Source of the DNA: Tubiluchus corallicola
Lineage: Eukaryota; Animalia; Priapulida
Assembly: GCA_030141605.1 (NCBI GenBank)
Contig: JAQGDQ010000483.1
Span: 62,001 to 126,000, forward strand
Direction: 5' to 3'
DNA length: 64,000 nt
The number at the start of each line of letters is the position of its first letter. Positions within the stretch are counted from its first letter, which is position 1. The position numbers and the translations under genes are program-made. Shown here one piece after another: positions 12,581 to 25,045 of the stretch. The notes under the pieces are model-generated. The model searched no databases and had not been told where the DNA came from. It saw only the letters and a program-made list of their open reading frames with translations.

Positions 12581-14689
12581 TTTATTGACAAAGATTATCT
12601 TGTTACAGGGAGTGAGACATTGCTAATAGAATATAACAACATTGTCTTCACTGGCTACAGTCTGTACATTTGTACCAATCCATTTTGACCCATTCCATTA
12701 TGGTATCTGACGTACCTGAAGTGATATTCACCGCATATCTATGGTAGTGATATCTATCTACATACTTAACTATTGTAGTGTATTGTACTTAACTAATGTC
12801 AGTCTAGTAGCTTTGCAGTATCTCACCAATGATTGCTTTTAAAAAACAAGTCCTTTTGAATGTTGACAACATGTGGACTATTCTCTAGGCAATATAATGT
12901 CTGTTGCTTAAAAGTCTTCACTCGCTTATGTTGCTTCTTGAGTTGATCTTTTAAAAAGTCCATGCTCAGCAAGCAAAGTATTTTGTCTTGTCCTGGCACT
13001 GTGAATTATGAAGGTCTTTTCCCGCTATATTTTACCAAGTTTCGACAGTTATTACCCATTCCAATAATGCTACCATAATTCTCCGTCTGGCAGGCCTTAT
13101 AGAACCTTTGGTCATTTGTATTTAGTGCTACACTCTAGAGGTAAATCATGTCAACCCTGCAGGCGCTCTGACTTGTTTCCTAGTTATTATAATTCAAGTT
13201 AACTGGACAGTGATGGCTAGCTATAGCTAATGCCAATATTTCAGGCCATTGTTGTCACACGTCCTTATTGACTGCTTTCCTGTAGGGTGGTTATGTTATG
13301 GGCGGGAAACCCGTCTCGATATTTTACAGTAGCTGCCATGCGCTGTAGAGAGCTAGACTAAGTATCCATGTGTGGATTTGATTCCACGTGCTCATATTTC
13401 ACTGTTGGCGCAAAAAATCCATTTATCGATTTTTTTTTCTTACCAAAGTCTTGTCAGAAGCCTTTAGCGGCATTGCTGTTAGCAAATTAAAATGGTTTTT
13501 AATCGACTGAATGAGTAATATAATAATACTCAAATTAATACTGAGTTCGTCGTTAGAGAACCCATTTAATATATTAATATTTAAAATATATTTAAAACAC
13601 TGTAATATTGCAAATACGTGTCTTAAAATGCACATTTTTATAGTTTGTTACAGTAAGTGAAAACCGTAGCGTGGTATAAATCACCAACTCCAACGATGTT
13701 TGGCGACAACAAAAATGCGTGTCGCTTACTTCCTCCAGTACTTCCGGTGCCAAATCTATGACAGCTTTGAGTGCTTCTCAATGTAGGTCATACAAATTGC
13801 GCAGTTGTTAGTCGCTTGTAAAAACTTGGATCATTTTTTTCACTGTCAGTTCCCAGTTGAATTGCTAGCTTAATTAATAGTAGCACTGACATTACACGAC
13901 TCTCATTATTCTGCGGTCGTGGCGTATCTATAGTTAACAAAATGAGGAGGATGCTGCTTTGACTCTAAACTCTTTCCTCTTTATTGACACTCTTTCTGCA
14001 TATCAAAGTGTTTTCTTTGCTTAAAGTGAATTTCAAACCTATAACATTTGGGGTGGACTTTGGAGTGTTGCGTGTGCTCTCTCTCTGTCTTTTCTCTGCT
14101 AGACACTCCTTACCTCTTCTCTTCCCTTGACGTCCGCCCCCGGCGTAGAAAACCCCTGACATACTCATTTATTTGGGACGTGGAGTGTCTGATTCGATGT
14201 GACGTTACACCTGCTTCCTGACTTCCTAAATTCAAAAGCACATTGTCCGTGGGATAATCGGCATAAATCACACACAATATTGTTGTTATTGTTCTGTAGA
14301 ATAATGCGCATAAATCACAATGTTGTTGTTGGTGTATTGTTTCGTTGACGTTTTTTTTTGTAATGTAGGCTTATAGTACCTGGAGCTACTTCCAATATTG
14401 GCCATACAATATTTATAAGTTCAGAGTCTGAAGAAATATTATAGTTGACATGTAGAGGAATAGGGGGTAAGACAAAGTAGGGCTCTGTTGATGCATTAGA
14501 GCTATCGTGCAATTACTTTTTCTCTAAACAAAAAATGTAAATTAAGAAACCCTGAAGGAATTGAACCGAAGCTTAATTAGTTAAATAATGGATCATGATG
14601 GTATGTGTTTTCATTTTATGCTGTTTATAGGCCTAATTGTATAGAACTTTGAAAATCCTTAAGTCAAATTAGCATTATCTGCGTAGTAC

Positions 14690-15470
14690 CAACATTGGTT
14701 TCTGCAATGTCTGCAGTTACATCAACATTGTGCTTTGCTTTTCCTGTTGGTGTTTGGTTATTTTCTACAAGTTCTGCATTGTTTCCTGGCTATATCAACA
14801 TTGTTTCCTACAATTACTCTTATTTTGCCAAGTTCGTGTAGTCACTACAATACAAAGCTGAATACATCATTGAGTTTGCAGCGTTTTTGCAGTATCAATA
14901 TCTTCTCTTATTGTGTCAGCACAACAGTTTGGTGTTTCAGCTGGTGTATTAACACGTTCTCCATTTTCTGCTGGTGTCTGAACTTTGTGCTCAGAAACTT
15001 CTAATATAATATTGACAACAAACTGTTCAGCAGCTTCTATTTTAGTGTCAGTATTATTTTCTGCAATATCTGCTGTTGCTCCACAACGTGTTTTTGCAAT
15101 TTCTACTTTTATACCCACAATAGTTTCTGCTGCTTCAGATATGTTGTGACACCAAGTTACGTATCCGTAGCGACATTGTCTTTTACAACAGCTGCTATGG
15201 TACGAGCATCGTGTTGTATACCTCCCGGTTGTGGCTTCAACGTGACATTCCAAAGTTTTTACTGCACAGAGTTTTGTAACCGACACTAACCAACGTGATT
15301 TTCTAAAGTTTCTGCTCCATGGTGCTTTGTAACCGCTATACTGATGTCTGAACATTACAGCCTGCAGCACATTTTGCTGTTGTATCATCTGTTGTTGTAA
15401 AAATTTAATGATATAGTTTTTCTCGCCGCGAGACAATAAATCTCACGTTTGTCCTGCCGTATCGCTTTTC
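14690..15470 (-). pseudogene. Decayed coding remnant, possibly LINE ORF1 (coiled coil plus internal peptide repeats)
   Basis: Longest ORF in the window (14867..15436, 189 aa). It starts EKNYIIKFLQQQ and has recurring ADIAENN / ADIAETN / VEIAK / VDIAR units that continue past the stop in other frames. Confidence 0.35.
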
Positions 15471-16275
15471 CAATTTCCCGGATGGTTTTCTAATGACTTT
15501 TTCCAGCACTCTGCGAAACATGGCTTCATTTTTGCCAGGCACGTATTAAACTGCTTCCCAGCCAAGAAGCCACTAACAGTTAATGTTATTAGCAGGGATG
15601 AATTATTCGCTCCCGCGTAATTTAAGCTTGCTATTTCCGGTTTGGATTGTTAGGATTAGTTTGTGAAAGCACAAAAATTACGGAGTATTATTTAACGAAT
15701 CGTGGAGCATTTTTGATTTTCTGTAATTGTGGAAGTATCCTTATTGTGCTTGGTTTTCATAAAACTCAAAACGAATGCAGCAATTGCTGTCATCCGTTAT
15801 CATTATGGAATTACCAGCTCACATTAAATTGTTTCATAATAGAAATACATGATCACATTGTTGCACAGACTCTTAAACTTAAACGAGACGGATCAAACTG
15901 TTGGCAATGTTAAATGATGCGGAATTTATTCAAGTAATAAATTAAACGCTGAAATTGCCAAGGAATTTTAGCTGCTGCTTCATGCTGGGAGATTAGACAC
16001 TGGGAAGTTGTTTGAGATTAACATAAATCATGTGATTTGGCTGTCTAGAGGAGGTTTTAAGGTTGCTGCATATGAGATAGGGCCTTGGGACTATTGGTGC
16101 TAATCAAAATAACTTTTTCGAAGATGATGCGATGGTGTGACTTGGCTCATTTTTAGCAACGTGTCACTAGGCAACTAAAGATATGAAAATGTTTAGAGTG
16201 AGCCGTTTAGCAAAGCTAATACCTTAGTATTGCACTCAGACTGCATAAATCAAAGAAATTAGTTCGTGAAGTGAA

Positions 16276-16377
16276 TTAGGATTGCTGTTTAGGATTAGGT
16301 TTAGGATTAGCATTGGGGTAGGGGTTAAGATTCAGGATAGGGTTAAGGATGGGCTAGGTTACGGTTAGGGTTAGGAT
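16276..16377 (+). repeat. Degenerate telomere-like (TTAGGR)n hexamer tract
   Basis: ttaggattaggtttaggattagc...ggttacggttagggttagga. Confidence 0.8.
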
Positions 16378-16895
16378 TTTAAATTGTGTGGGGAATTGTG
16401 AACTTCTTCCAATTTTGTTCTCATTTCCAGAAAAACGCAAGACAGGCAACTAGCCCTGCGAGCTTTTTCGGCCGCTCAGTCTCCAATTTTTAATGTTACT
16501 CTTTCACTTATCTAGAGCAGATCACGCGCATTGATAGGTATTCGTTTTGAATACCTCTTTACTCATGTTTTAAGATGAGTTCGAAAAAGACCTCAATCGA
16601 TAAAGAGCTTTAATTGCTGGCGTTTTTATGGAACTGTTTGGCTTTAAGTAAACAATTTCTACCTAAAATAAGGTTGTTTATTCCGTGTTAGTATCATATT
16701 ATTCGTTTTTGGTCTGCCAAGTTTGATCACCATTCGATTTGGGCATAAAGTTTCTCAACTCGTTCAGCACAAGTCACTCACTCAATCTGTCGATTAATTC
16801 AATTTGAACGTCAGATGCTCAGTTTGAGTTTCAAGCTGCTGAGTCTATGAAACATGTTACTCAACCTGAGCATCAAGTTACCTTGAAGCAACGCT

Positions 16896-17422
16896 GGACC
16901 CAATCTTAAACTGTAGGTTAAAACAATCTACTCTTCGCACCACTAATTCTTCCCTGTTACATGCATTTCGCCATTCGCTAGTTAGACGGACAGTAGCGCC
17001 TCCATTCCAGAAACCATCGCACAAAAAACAGGTGCTGTACCTCTCAGTTCAGGTGTTCTAGTTTTCGACCAACTACACATGTTCGGCAGTTCGTACGTGA
17101 GCACAACGGTAAATTTCAAATTAGACTTTTTATCTTAAAACATGCCTAGTTTTAATACAACACACTGTCAATCTTACAGTAGCACTGTACTTCAATATTC
17201 GCTTTCGCAAGCACGTGCAACACGTCCGTGGAATATTTTTGCTGTTCAAAATTATGTTAGTTTGTGATGTCATCAATAGTTGGGCTCGCCCGCCGCTAAT
17301 TAAATTTTTAATCTGTTATTTAATTATCAGAAACACTTTTGCGGTATTAATTATGTTAAAACGTATACTTTTTATCGAACTTGAAAAGAGGGTAGTATTT
17401 GAAAAATCATCCTGTCTTCCTT
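16896..17422. mobile_element. Dispersed repeat copy A (Kolobok-like non-autonomous DNA transposon end)
   Basis: Colinear with 56049-56630 over about 520 bp; both end GAAAAATCATCCTGTCTTCCT. Confidence 0.8.
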
Positions 17423-19579
17423 GTTTGCCTGTTTGAATACCTGTTTAAGTTATTAGTTTACTCATGCGCATGGAAATAATTCAAGTTGAGTAGATCAGTT
17501 TCTCATATATTACATGCTGAGAGTAATTCAACGTTTGCACTTGCTAATTCCATTTTTTACGAGGAACCATCAAGTTTTATTGGCACTCATTCTTCAACCA
17601 TCTACTAAGCGTGAAAAATAACAAAGTTTTGATTTATAACTAAGCAAGTTAAAAATATTTTAGTTTATCCTTCCATGTCATTCAAATCGCGACTCATAAA
17701 TCTTCTTAATGAATGATTTCGGCATTCATGTATTCATCCGCGCGGAAGGCAAAGTTACACAAGGTGGTCAAATATAGTGCCCCGGGGTGCAATCTTCTTC
17801 TAACACGTTCATAATGTGATTTTAAATGGAGTCATTATAACAGGATATGAACTGATTCATGATGTCAGAGCAAGTGGAATCTCATTTCATGTTCGAGCTT
17901 AAATGCGAGGCAACATTCGTCGAATTGTTCTGCCTAATGTAGGTGTAAAAAATTTTGATGTTTTGCTGTAAAAAATTGAAAGTCAAAGTAAACTCTCGTT
18001 ATAATATAAGCTTTTACGACTTAAAAGTCTCTTCTCGTTACGGATATTCAATTCATTTTATTATGAACTTACTGTAAAACTTGTTTCTTTTGATTTTCTA
18101 CCACTTCGTTGTTCGCGTATTAAATTTAAAGAACCGCCATTTTTCGTTGCGAGAGACGAAAATATCTTTCTAACTTTTAGAAATTCAAATGTCTGTTCTT
18201 CGCTTATCCCCACCTGGTACCGTAACTCGATAGTTTATAAATATTGACAGTTCCAAAAAATTTGCTGACGTTGCAAAATTGTCTGCTTTTTTGGGCACTA
18301 AATCATTCTGCCTGTCTATTTGTAAGAAGCTATTGTTGTAGAACTACATCATAATGTTCAGTTGAAGGCTGTACGTTGTTTAGTTATTTAATTTTTATTA
18401 ACATGTCGTATTGGTTTAGCAAGAGACTATTTTTAAACAGTAAAGGTCAAACGCAGATAATAAAAGTTCCTTAGTTTTTAGCAAACAGTCTTTGCCCATT
18501 AAATTATTCTTTTTGTGATACAGGTTTTGACTTCACAGTCGTCCGTAGTAGAAGGGTAAAAGTCTGGAATGTGAAAATTTTACTTTTTTAAAACACGACC
18601 TGATCCCTTGCTTGTAAAATGTCAAGATTAACTCAGTTTGATGACAACGCGATGACAGCTGAACTTAAACCGGATCCAGTCGCCAGGGTGCGCAGCGCGT
18701 CCAGATATTCTCTGGAACCCACAATGTTGAAACCCAAGGACACGTGCACTTAGTGTTTGCTATTGTTTCATTGCAACTTTTGCGTTATTTCTGTTTATTG
18801 TTTTATTCCAGTCGTTTAGGTTTCAAGGCAAACAGTATTGCCAGTCCTTGAAACATGCTCCTGCTCACCATGTGTAAAAACCAGTTTTAAAAAGTCGCCT
18901 CTTGGCTTAATTTTGCTTGCCCCGTAGGTTTATCAGTGATTCTTGTATTAAAAAATACGGTATCATCTCGGATAACTAGATCTTTTCTATTCGGTATAAA
19001 AGCATTTAGATAAACGCCGCTCGAGCGTACAATGAGGAGGCTACACCTCCACCAATGCCATTGTGTCTCTTCACATTCTGGGCACCAGTATTACTGGTTT
19101 TCGAACTCTCAAGTTTTCGCTTTGAAAGTTTTTTTGTTCGTGTTGAAACGACCAACAAAGGGGTGAGAGAATGGAATACATTTCTGTTTTCAACATCACT
19201 GACTTTGATTGCCCTCTTTACTCAGTTAGCACTCGAGCAAGTGCATCTTGGGATTGTTAAGTGCATCCTGGGGTTGTTTCGATTATTTGGGATCATTCTT
19301 TAGGCTCTTACCTACCCTGTAATTTAGCTGAGCAGTTCCTCGTGTTATGTCCACTTAATTGGTGATATTGTTGACCAGGTGGTGTCCGGGACAAAAACTG
19401 TTTCAGTTAGCTTAGAAATTTAATTGACTAAACTACTGACTGAGATTCATAGTCTGAGTTTTAACCGTTTCCCAAGGGACCAAACTAATTTGAATCTAAA
19501 ATTAATTTTTCTTATTACATCTATTATTAATTTGTTAATTATTTATAAATTAAAAAGTTACTTAGACATTTAGAAGTGT

Positions 19580-19660
19580 TATTACCCAGTTAGGTAAAAA
19601 GCTAGTAAGTCTGGGTAACAGATAGAAGTTCTTGGTTCGCTTCCGGCCCGAGATTTCGTT
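19580..19660 (+). mobile_element. Degenerate tRNA-derived SINE head
   Basis: A-box-like TACCCAGTTAGG and B-box-like GGTTCGCTTCC at tRNA-like spacing; no intact cloverleaf. Confidence 0.4.
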
Positions 19661-21484
19661 ATTTCTAATTTTTCCATGCACTCGTATGGAATGTAGACTT
19701 GAATATAGTGTGCACTGCTACATTTCAGACGTGCCAGTGAGACGCTTAATTTTGTTAAGCTACATTACCTTGCATACATGTGTTAGTCGTACGTGATCCC
19801 ACAGGATCCTTAAATGTCGCCCATTTATTTAAAAAAGAAACCTTTAAAATTCACCAGTGGGCAAAATTCCGTTGTTATGTTAATACTATTTTATAATAAA
19901 ACGAAGCACATCATGACTATTAAACCATATGTATGTAGTAGTCTGACGGGAAAATTACAGTACGTAAACTCTTCAAAAAGAGAACAAGCATTATAAATGA
20001 CGAATTCTTCGCTTTAAGTGCCATCCATTGACTAGAGACAGAAACAGCTAATAATAGCGTACTTTGGGATTTGTAAGACATTTGTTAAACTAAACTTTTG
20101 AGAGATAAATACATTAACCTTGATCGTAAACTCTCGCTCAAACACTTAATGCCTATTAGATAAATGTGTTATCAAAACCCCTGGAGACACGTTCGTTTGA
20201 CAGCTTTTTATTGTAGTAAAATCTCTGTCATTGTGCAGAAATGATTTCCATTATAGGGCTAAGTTAACCGAATTTACAAGGCTGTACAGTAAAATGATAA
20301 ATGAACTAAGGTTCGATGACATTTGCAGTTTCGCTAAGTTTCATTTACAATACGTATAGTTATCATTTCACCATTCAGAGAAATGCTGTTGTTGTTATTT
20401 GTTCTGACGGTCATCAACAGACACCAGTCCTTCACTTGCCCTCAGGCCTCTTGCCATGGTGATTTTGCTAAGAAATAAATCAGGTTATGATTTATGTGTC
20501 ACTGGTGATAAATAAATGTGTTGTTATTTATGTCTCTCGCGCGCCGGTATGAAATATTTGGTGCAAGAGGTTATCTCAATGTTATAGCAAGTGAAACTCC
20601 CTTGAGTGACTGCGGTTAATGATATCGTGGATGAAACTACTTTGCTGAAGCTGGAATGACGTGAGCGTAACGCTATAGCTTGTGAGACTCGGCGCAACAC
20701 ACTTCAGGGCTCCAGTGATGTCACCTAAATATTGTCACAAATGACGCCTTGTTACCAGGAGTTGTCAGGGACTCTTGACTTTGAAAGAGCGACTTCTGTG
20801 GAGGTTCACTGAAGCTAAAACTTTAGTTTCAGTTTCAAACATGAATTTTCCACATCGGTGAAACATTTTTAAATTGTTAAAACATCCATTCGCATCGCAT
20901 TTTGCACCAGTAGGTAAGGCGGAATCAAAAATAAGATGTTTTTACCTGTAATAATAAGATTTTACCTGTAATTTCAAGAACAAACCATTTTTCTCACGCA
21001 AACGAATTACCGCAACAATTATTATTGTAGGTCAACTTTAAGCCGCTGGGGCGCGTTTGTTTGTGCGAAATCCACTTGTACGCAAATCGGCGGCTTGTTT
21101 ATTCGCACTCGAAAGACAATGCGGGAAATCTTCTTTTGGTCAACTTTAAACGAGAACACAAAAACACTAAGAGGAAAGGTAAATCTTGCCACCACTTAAG
21201 CGTGATAAGATTCGTTTCCTGGAGTGGGAAACGTTTGTTCTAAAAGAAAACATACATTCTGTGTTCTAAAATTACCGCATTCACACCATTTAGTTCCATT
21301 ACCAGAAACAGAAAAGTATAAGTGTGTGCTGTATTTTGCAGCATCTTTACTATTGCGCAACAGGGTAGACGTTTTAAATCTTTTGGTGATAAAAGCCTGT
21401 TATTCACCTTAAAAACACGTGTATAACTGTCTGGTTTGCACTTAATTGTTGTTTTGGATCGTGCGACAGTGAGTATACGGACCG

Positions 21485-22445
21485 GATTGTCATTTGGGTC
21501 GCTGACTGTCACATGGCGTTACTGCGTGCCACTTAGGTCAGTAGTTTTCACTTAAGTCACTTGAGATATTAATTGTTGTTGCGTGTTACTAATTGTTACT
21601 GTTACAAGGGTCTATCGATTACGTCACTAGTTATTGCACCGTGGAGCACTGACGGTCATTTAGGCCACTGTTTACCACTTGGGTCACTGATTGTCACGTG
21701 GGTTACTGGCTGTTACTCGTGTCACTAATTGTCACTTAGGTCACTGATTGTCACATGGGTAATTGATTTCCGGTTATGTCACTGAATTTCACTTAGGTCA
21801 CTAATTGTCGATTAGCTCACTGATTATCACTGTTTTAACTGTTTACACTTAGGTCACTAATTGTCGCTTAGGTCATTGATTGTTTCTTTCGCCACTAATT
21901 GTCTCTTGGATTACTAATTGTCACTTGTGTGGCTCAAATCACTGCTATCCTTAAGAGCACTGATTACCACTTGCAGAATGTTACTTGGGTCGCAGATTGT
22001 CACTTAAGGCACTAATTGTTGTTGTGTCATTGATTTTACTTGGAGCATTCATTGTTCCCAGTGAGTCAATGTGGGCAGTAATAGATTTTTGTATAGCTAC
22101 AGTGCCGATTCTTCCTTTGGGGGCTGATTTTTGCGTGTATCTTTGCTTTTCAGTAAGTTAGGGGCACTGGTTATCATTGGGGTCAGTGATTAACTCTTGA
22201 GTCATAGAGTTTTCTTTGATGGGGAGCATTGAGTATTACTGAAATCAATGATTGTTCTTTGGTTTCTGATTGTTCTTAAGGTCACAGAATTGTCGCTTGG
22301 GTCACTCGTTGTTACGGTAGCTATCAAAAGTCGTGAAAGTCATTAAGGTACACTGAAAGCGGCACTAAAATTACTTGAGACCATTATCCTTTGCTGGAGT
22401 GACTTAGGAATAAATGATTACTGCAGTTTGAGGGTCACTGGTCGC
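21485..22445. repeat. Old 19-bp minisatellite, about 50 degenerate units, consensus near GTCACTAATTGTCACTTAG
   Basis: 19-bp period readable at 21721-21830: GTCACTAATTGTCACTTAG / GTCACTGATTGTCACATGG / ... / GTCACTAATTGTCGATTAG. Confidence 0.9.
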
Positions 22446-22739
22446 TGTTCCTAAAGGCTAATTTATTGATTTTTTGGAGGTTTTTCTATCTATCTGCTTC
22501 TGCTACCCGCGAACTTTTTTAAATCCATTCCTCTAGTGAGTTATACCTCCTACACCACCATCCCACGCTTTTGCCTCCCATCATAATTATCAACATCCGT
22601 TTCCACTCATAAACTTTAATTAAGTAACCGGAGAGAGCGTACCACTCGGGCGTGTTTTTATTGACGTTCTTTTTACTGTCAACATTTTTCCTACTAGTTT
22701 TGGGTTTACCCACGTGGCTTCAACAGGCAGAAGGGGTCT

Positions 22740-22920
22740 CTTTATTGCCACCAGTTTGCGGTTACGAGCTACATGAACCGGCTGGGGAAATTAAGAGACA
22801 GCTGGCGTCCATATGTGTACAGAGTGGTTTTATTCAATGGTTTGTGGTTTCCCGTCTACTTGGCATTAGAGCCCCATGAGCTTCATTGGTTTACATGGTT
22901 TGCTCAACCGATCAATTATT
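22740..22920 (+). mobile_element. Degenerate PHD-finger remnant (CR1-type LINE)
   Basis: Frame-shifted PVCG...ASIC / CTEWFYSMVCG / GLH-WF pattern fits C..C...C..C..WFH..C...WFC. Confidence 0.4.
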
Positions 22921-24077
22921 TTGTTTTGCTTGTATGCAGTTCACAGTTCAGTGTACCTTATTAATCATTTACTGAATCTTAAAGGATATTGGCTGTTTTG
23001 GCAAAGTGGAGCTATATTGAGCGGTGTGGTTGTAAATTGCATTGTGCTTGTTTTGGAAAACTTCGTAGTCATTATAGATAGAAGATTAGAGGCTTATAGT
23101 GATTATTTCAGCCCGAGCGAGTGCGCTTGGTAGAGTGTGGGGGATTTCCCGGGATTTCCCATATTGCCGAACGCGAACAATTCGGCTATCCAACTCGAAG
23201 GTGCGTTAGCTTTTATGAATTTATAAAAAAAAACATTATATAACAAAATACATTTTGATGTGGCCTGTTGTTGAAAGCATGTATCGCCATTATTCTGTTG
23301 GTGTCTTTTTGTATCTTTCTTGTAATACAATTTGTTCATGCACTGTGACAGTTGAGGAGCCTTATTTTGAATTGCTTTTGTTCTTATGAAACAGCTGCTT
23401 CTTTCATAATGTATTTTAAGGGGAGCACAAGATGAACTGGCTTTTCGATTGTCCAATAGCTACGACGAATAGCTCTGGTTCTAACATTTTTGGCTTATCA
23501 ATTTTGGCATTGCCTGCAAGCCTTGCGACTCTTGAAAATTCGCCTTTCCTCCTTTTTTACTCTAATATATCTTTAGGAACCCGCTCTTTCTCATAGGATG
23601 ACGTTTCCTATAGCGTTTTGAAATTCCTTATTGTGAAGTTCTGTTTTCTTGTGAAACCCTTGAATAGCACCTTAGTACTGCCAATGTCGCGCCAAGGTGA
23701 ACACGAAAAACATAAAATGACATAAAAGGCTTCACACGGGTTTTGTTCAGATGCGCTTTATTTACCCGCTAAGTGCAAATGGCTTCGTTTATTGTCAAAT
23801 CTCTTTGATAAGGTTTTAGAGCAGCCGAGCTTAAGGAATCCTATAACATTAAGTGTAAACTAGATTAAAGCTTGAGAAACACGTACGTCAGGTCAATTTA
23901 ACCCAGAATTCAATCTTCTATATTAGGCTGTAGGTATCGATTTATTGATTTTACTTGCTCTCTACCTTTATTGTTCTGATCCTCACCAGGATGAAAGATT
24001 TTAAAGATCGTCTGAACAACTGTCATTTCTAATTCAGTTTGCCAGGTTCTTTTTTAACATTTAAGTCACGCGTGAGG

Positions 24078-24112
24078 TTCTCTCTCTCTCTATCTCTCTC
24101 TCTCTCTCTCCC

Positions 24113-24162
<50 letters not shown>

Positions 24163-24192
24163 ATCTCTCTCTCTGCCTCTTTCTCTCTCTCA
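24078..24192. repeat. (CT)n microsatellite
   Basis: Directly visible. Confidence 0.97.
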
Positions 24193-24368
24193 CTGACACT
24201 TTCTTTTTTTCTCTCCTTCTATCATTGTCTTATATACGCATCTAATAACCGCTGGCTGCATATAACTTATACGATTTCACAAACTGGTCAAGGCAATAGT
24301 CAACGTGGCTAGCTGGAATGTTTATTATTGTGTTTACAGAATGAGTATATTACTAATGTAGATCTCTT

Positions 24369-24441
24369 GTGACGTCACTGAGTCGTCCTGTACGTTCAAG
24401 CGTCCGCTTTACCCTAAGCTCCGCCCACAGACAAAATGGCG
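24369..24441 (+). promoter_or_regulatory. Promoter-like cluster: CRE, GC box and YY1 motif
   Basis: GTGACGTCAC (24369-24378), CTCCGCCCAC (24419-24428) and AAAATGGCG (24433-24441) within 75 bp. Confidence 0.4.
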
Positions 24442-24819
24442 TGTTCTCGTGTTTGTTGTTATATTTACAGAATTGTATATTGCTAATGTAGGCCTGGTGT
24501 CAGAATGACAGCCGCAACCATTTACAGTCAAAACATATTTATTTGTGCGGTGGCGTGCGGATAACATATCTACTATGTACTGTGTTAGTGTCATTTTATC
24601 TCATATTGAACTTTATAAGGCTCCTGCTGAGCGATCTGCACTGCTCCTTAATTAGTCAGTCAGTCACTCGCCGCCCAGTTAAACGTGTGTTTGAGCATGC
24701 TATGTTTACTCATCTAGGTGTTACGGTACCAGGTAGATAATCAGACATAATACCATTCAGTCTTTAAATCAGTTGGATATCTAGCAAGTCCACTGTTCAG
24801 TAGGTCGATCAATCAGCGC

Positions 24820-25045
24820 CCGACCAACCAACCAATCTACTCACCTGCCTACCTAGCTATCTACTTATCTACCTGAGAACCTACCTACCTACCTAACTAA
24901 CTAACTACCTGTGTACCTACCTATCTGAATACTTACCTATCAACCAAGAAGCCAAACAACTCAAAGCTAACTCACAAGGCAAACAGCAAACTAAACAAAC
25001 AAAAAGACAAACAGACATACTATGAAACCAATCAAATAACCACGA
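24820..25045. repeat. Compound tetranucleotide repeat (ACCA/ACCT/AACT/AAAC)
   Basis: ctacctacctacctaactaactaactacc...aaacaaacaaaaagacaaacagac. Confidence 0.85.

Noticed and set aside
12349-12688. Poly-Leu and poly-Ser ORFs, or a polyQ exon
   Set aside because: Products of the AGT/AGC microsatellite; the Gln frame is broken by TAG codons.
19580-19660. Functional tRNA gene (also 50168-50240)
   Set aside because: Only A/B-box remnants; acceptor and anticodon stems do not pair.
21480-21512. Cadherin-like VSDPNDNP, together with LDRE in ORF 25558..25758
   Set aside because: The first lies on the edge of the 19-bp minisatellite, and neither has surrounding cadherin motifs or convincing splice sites.
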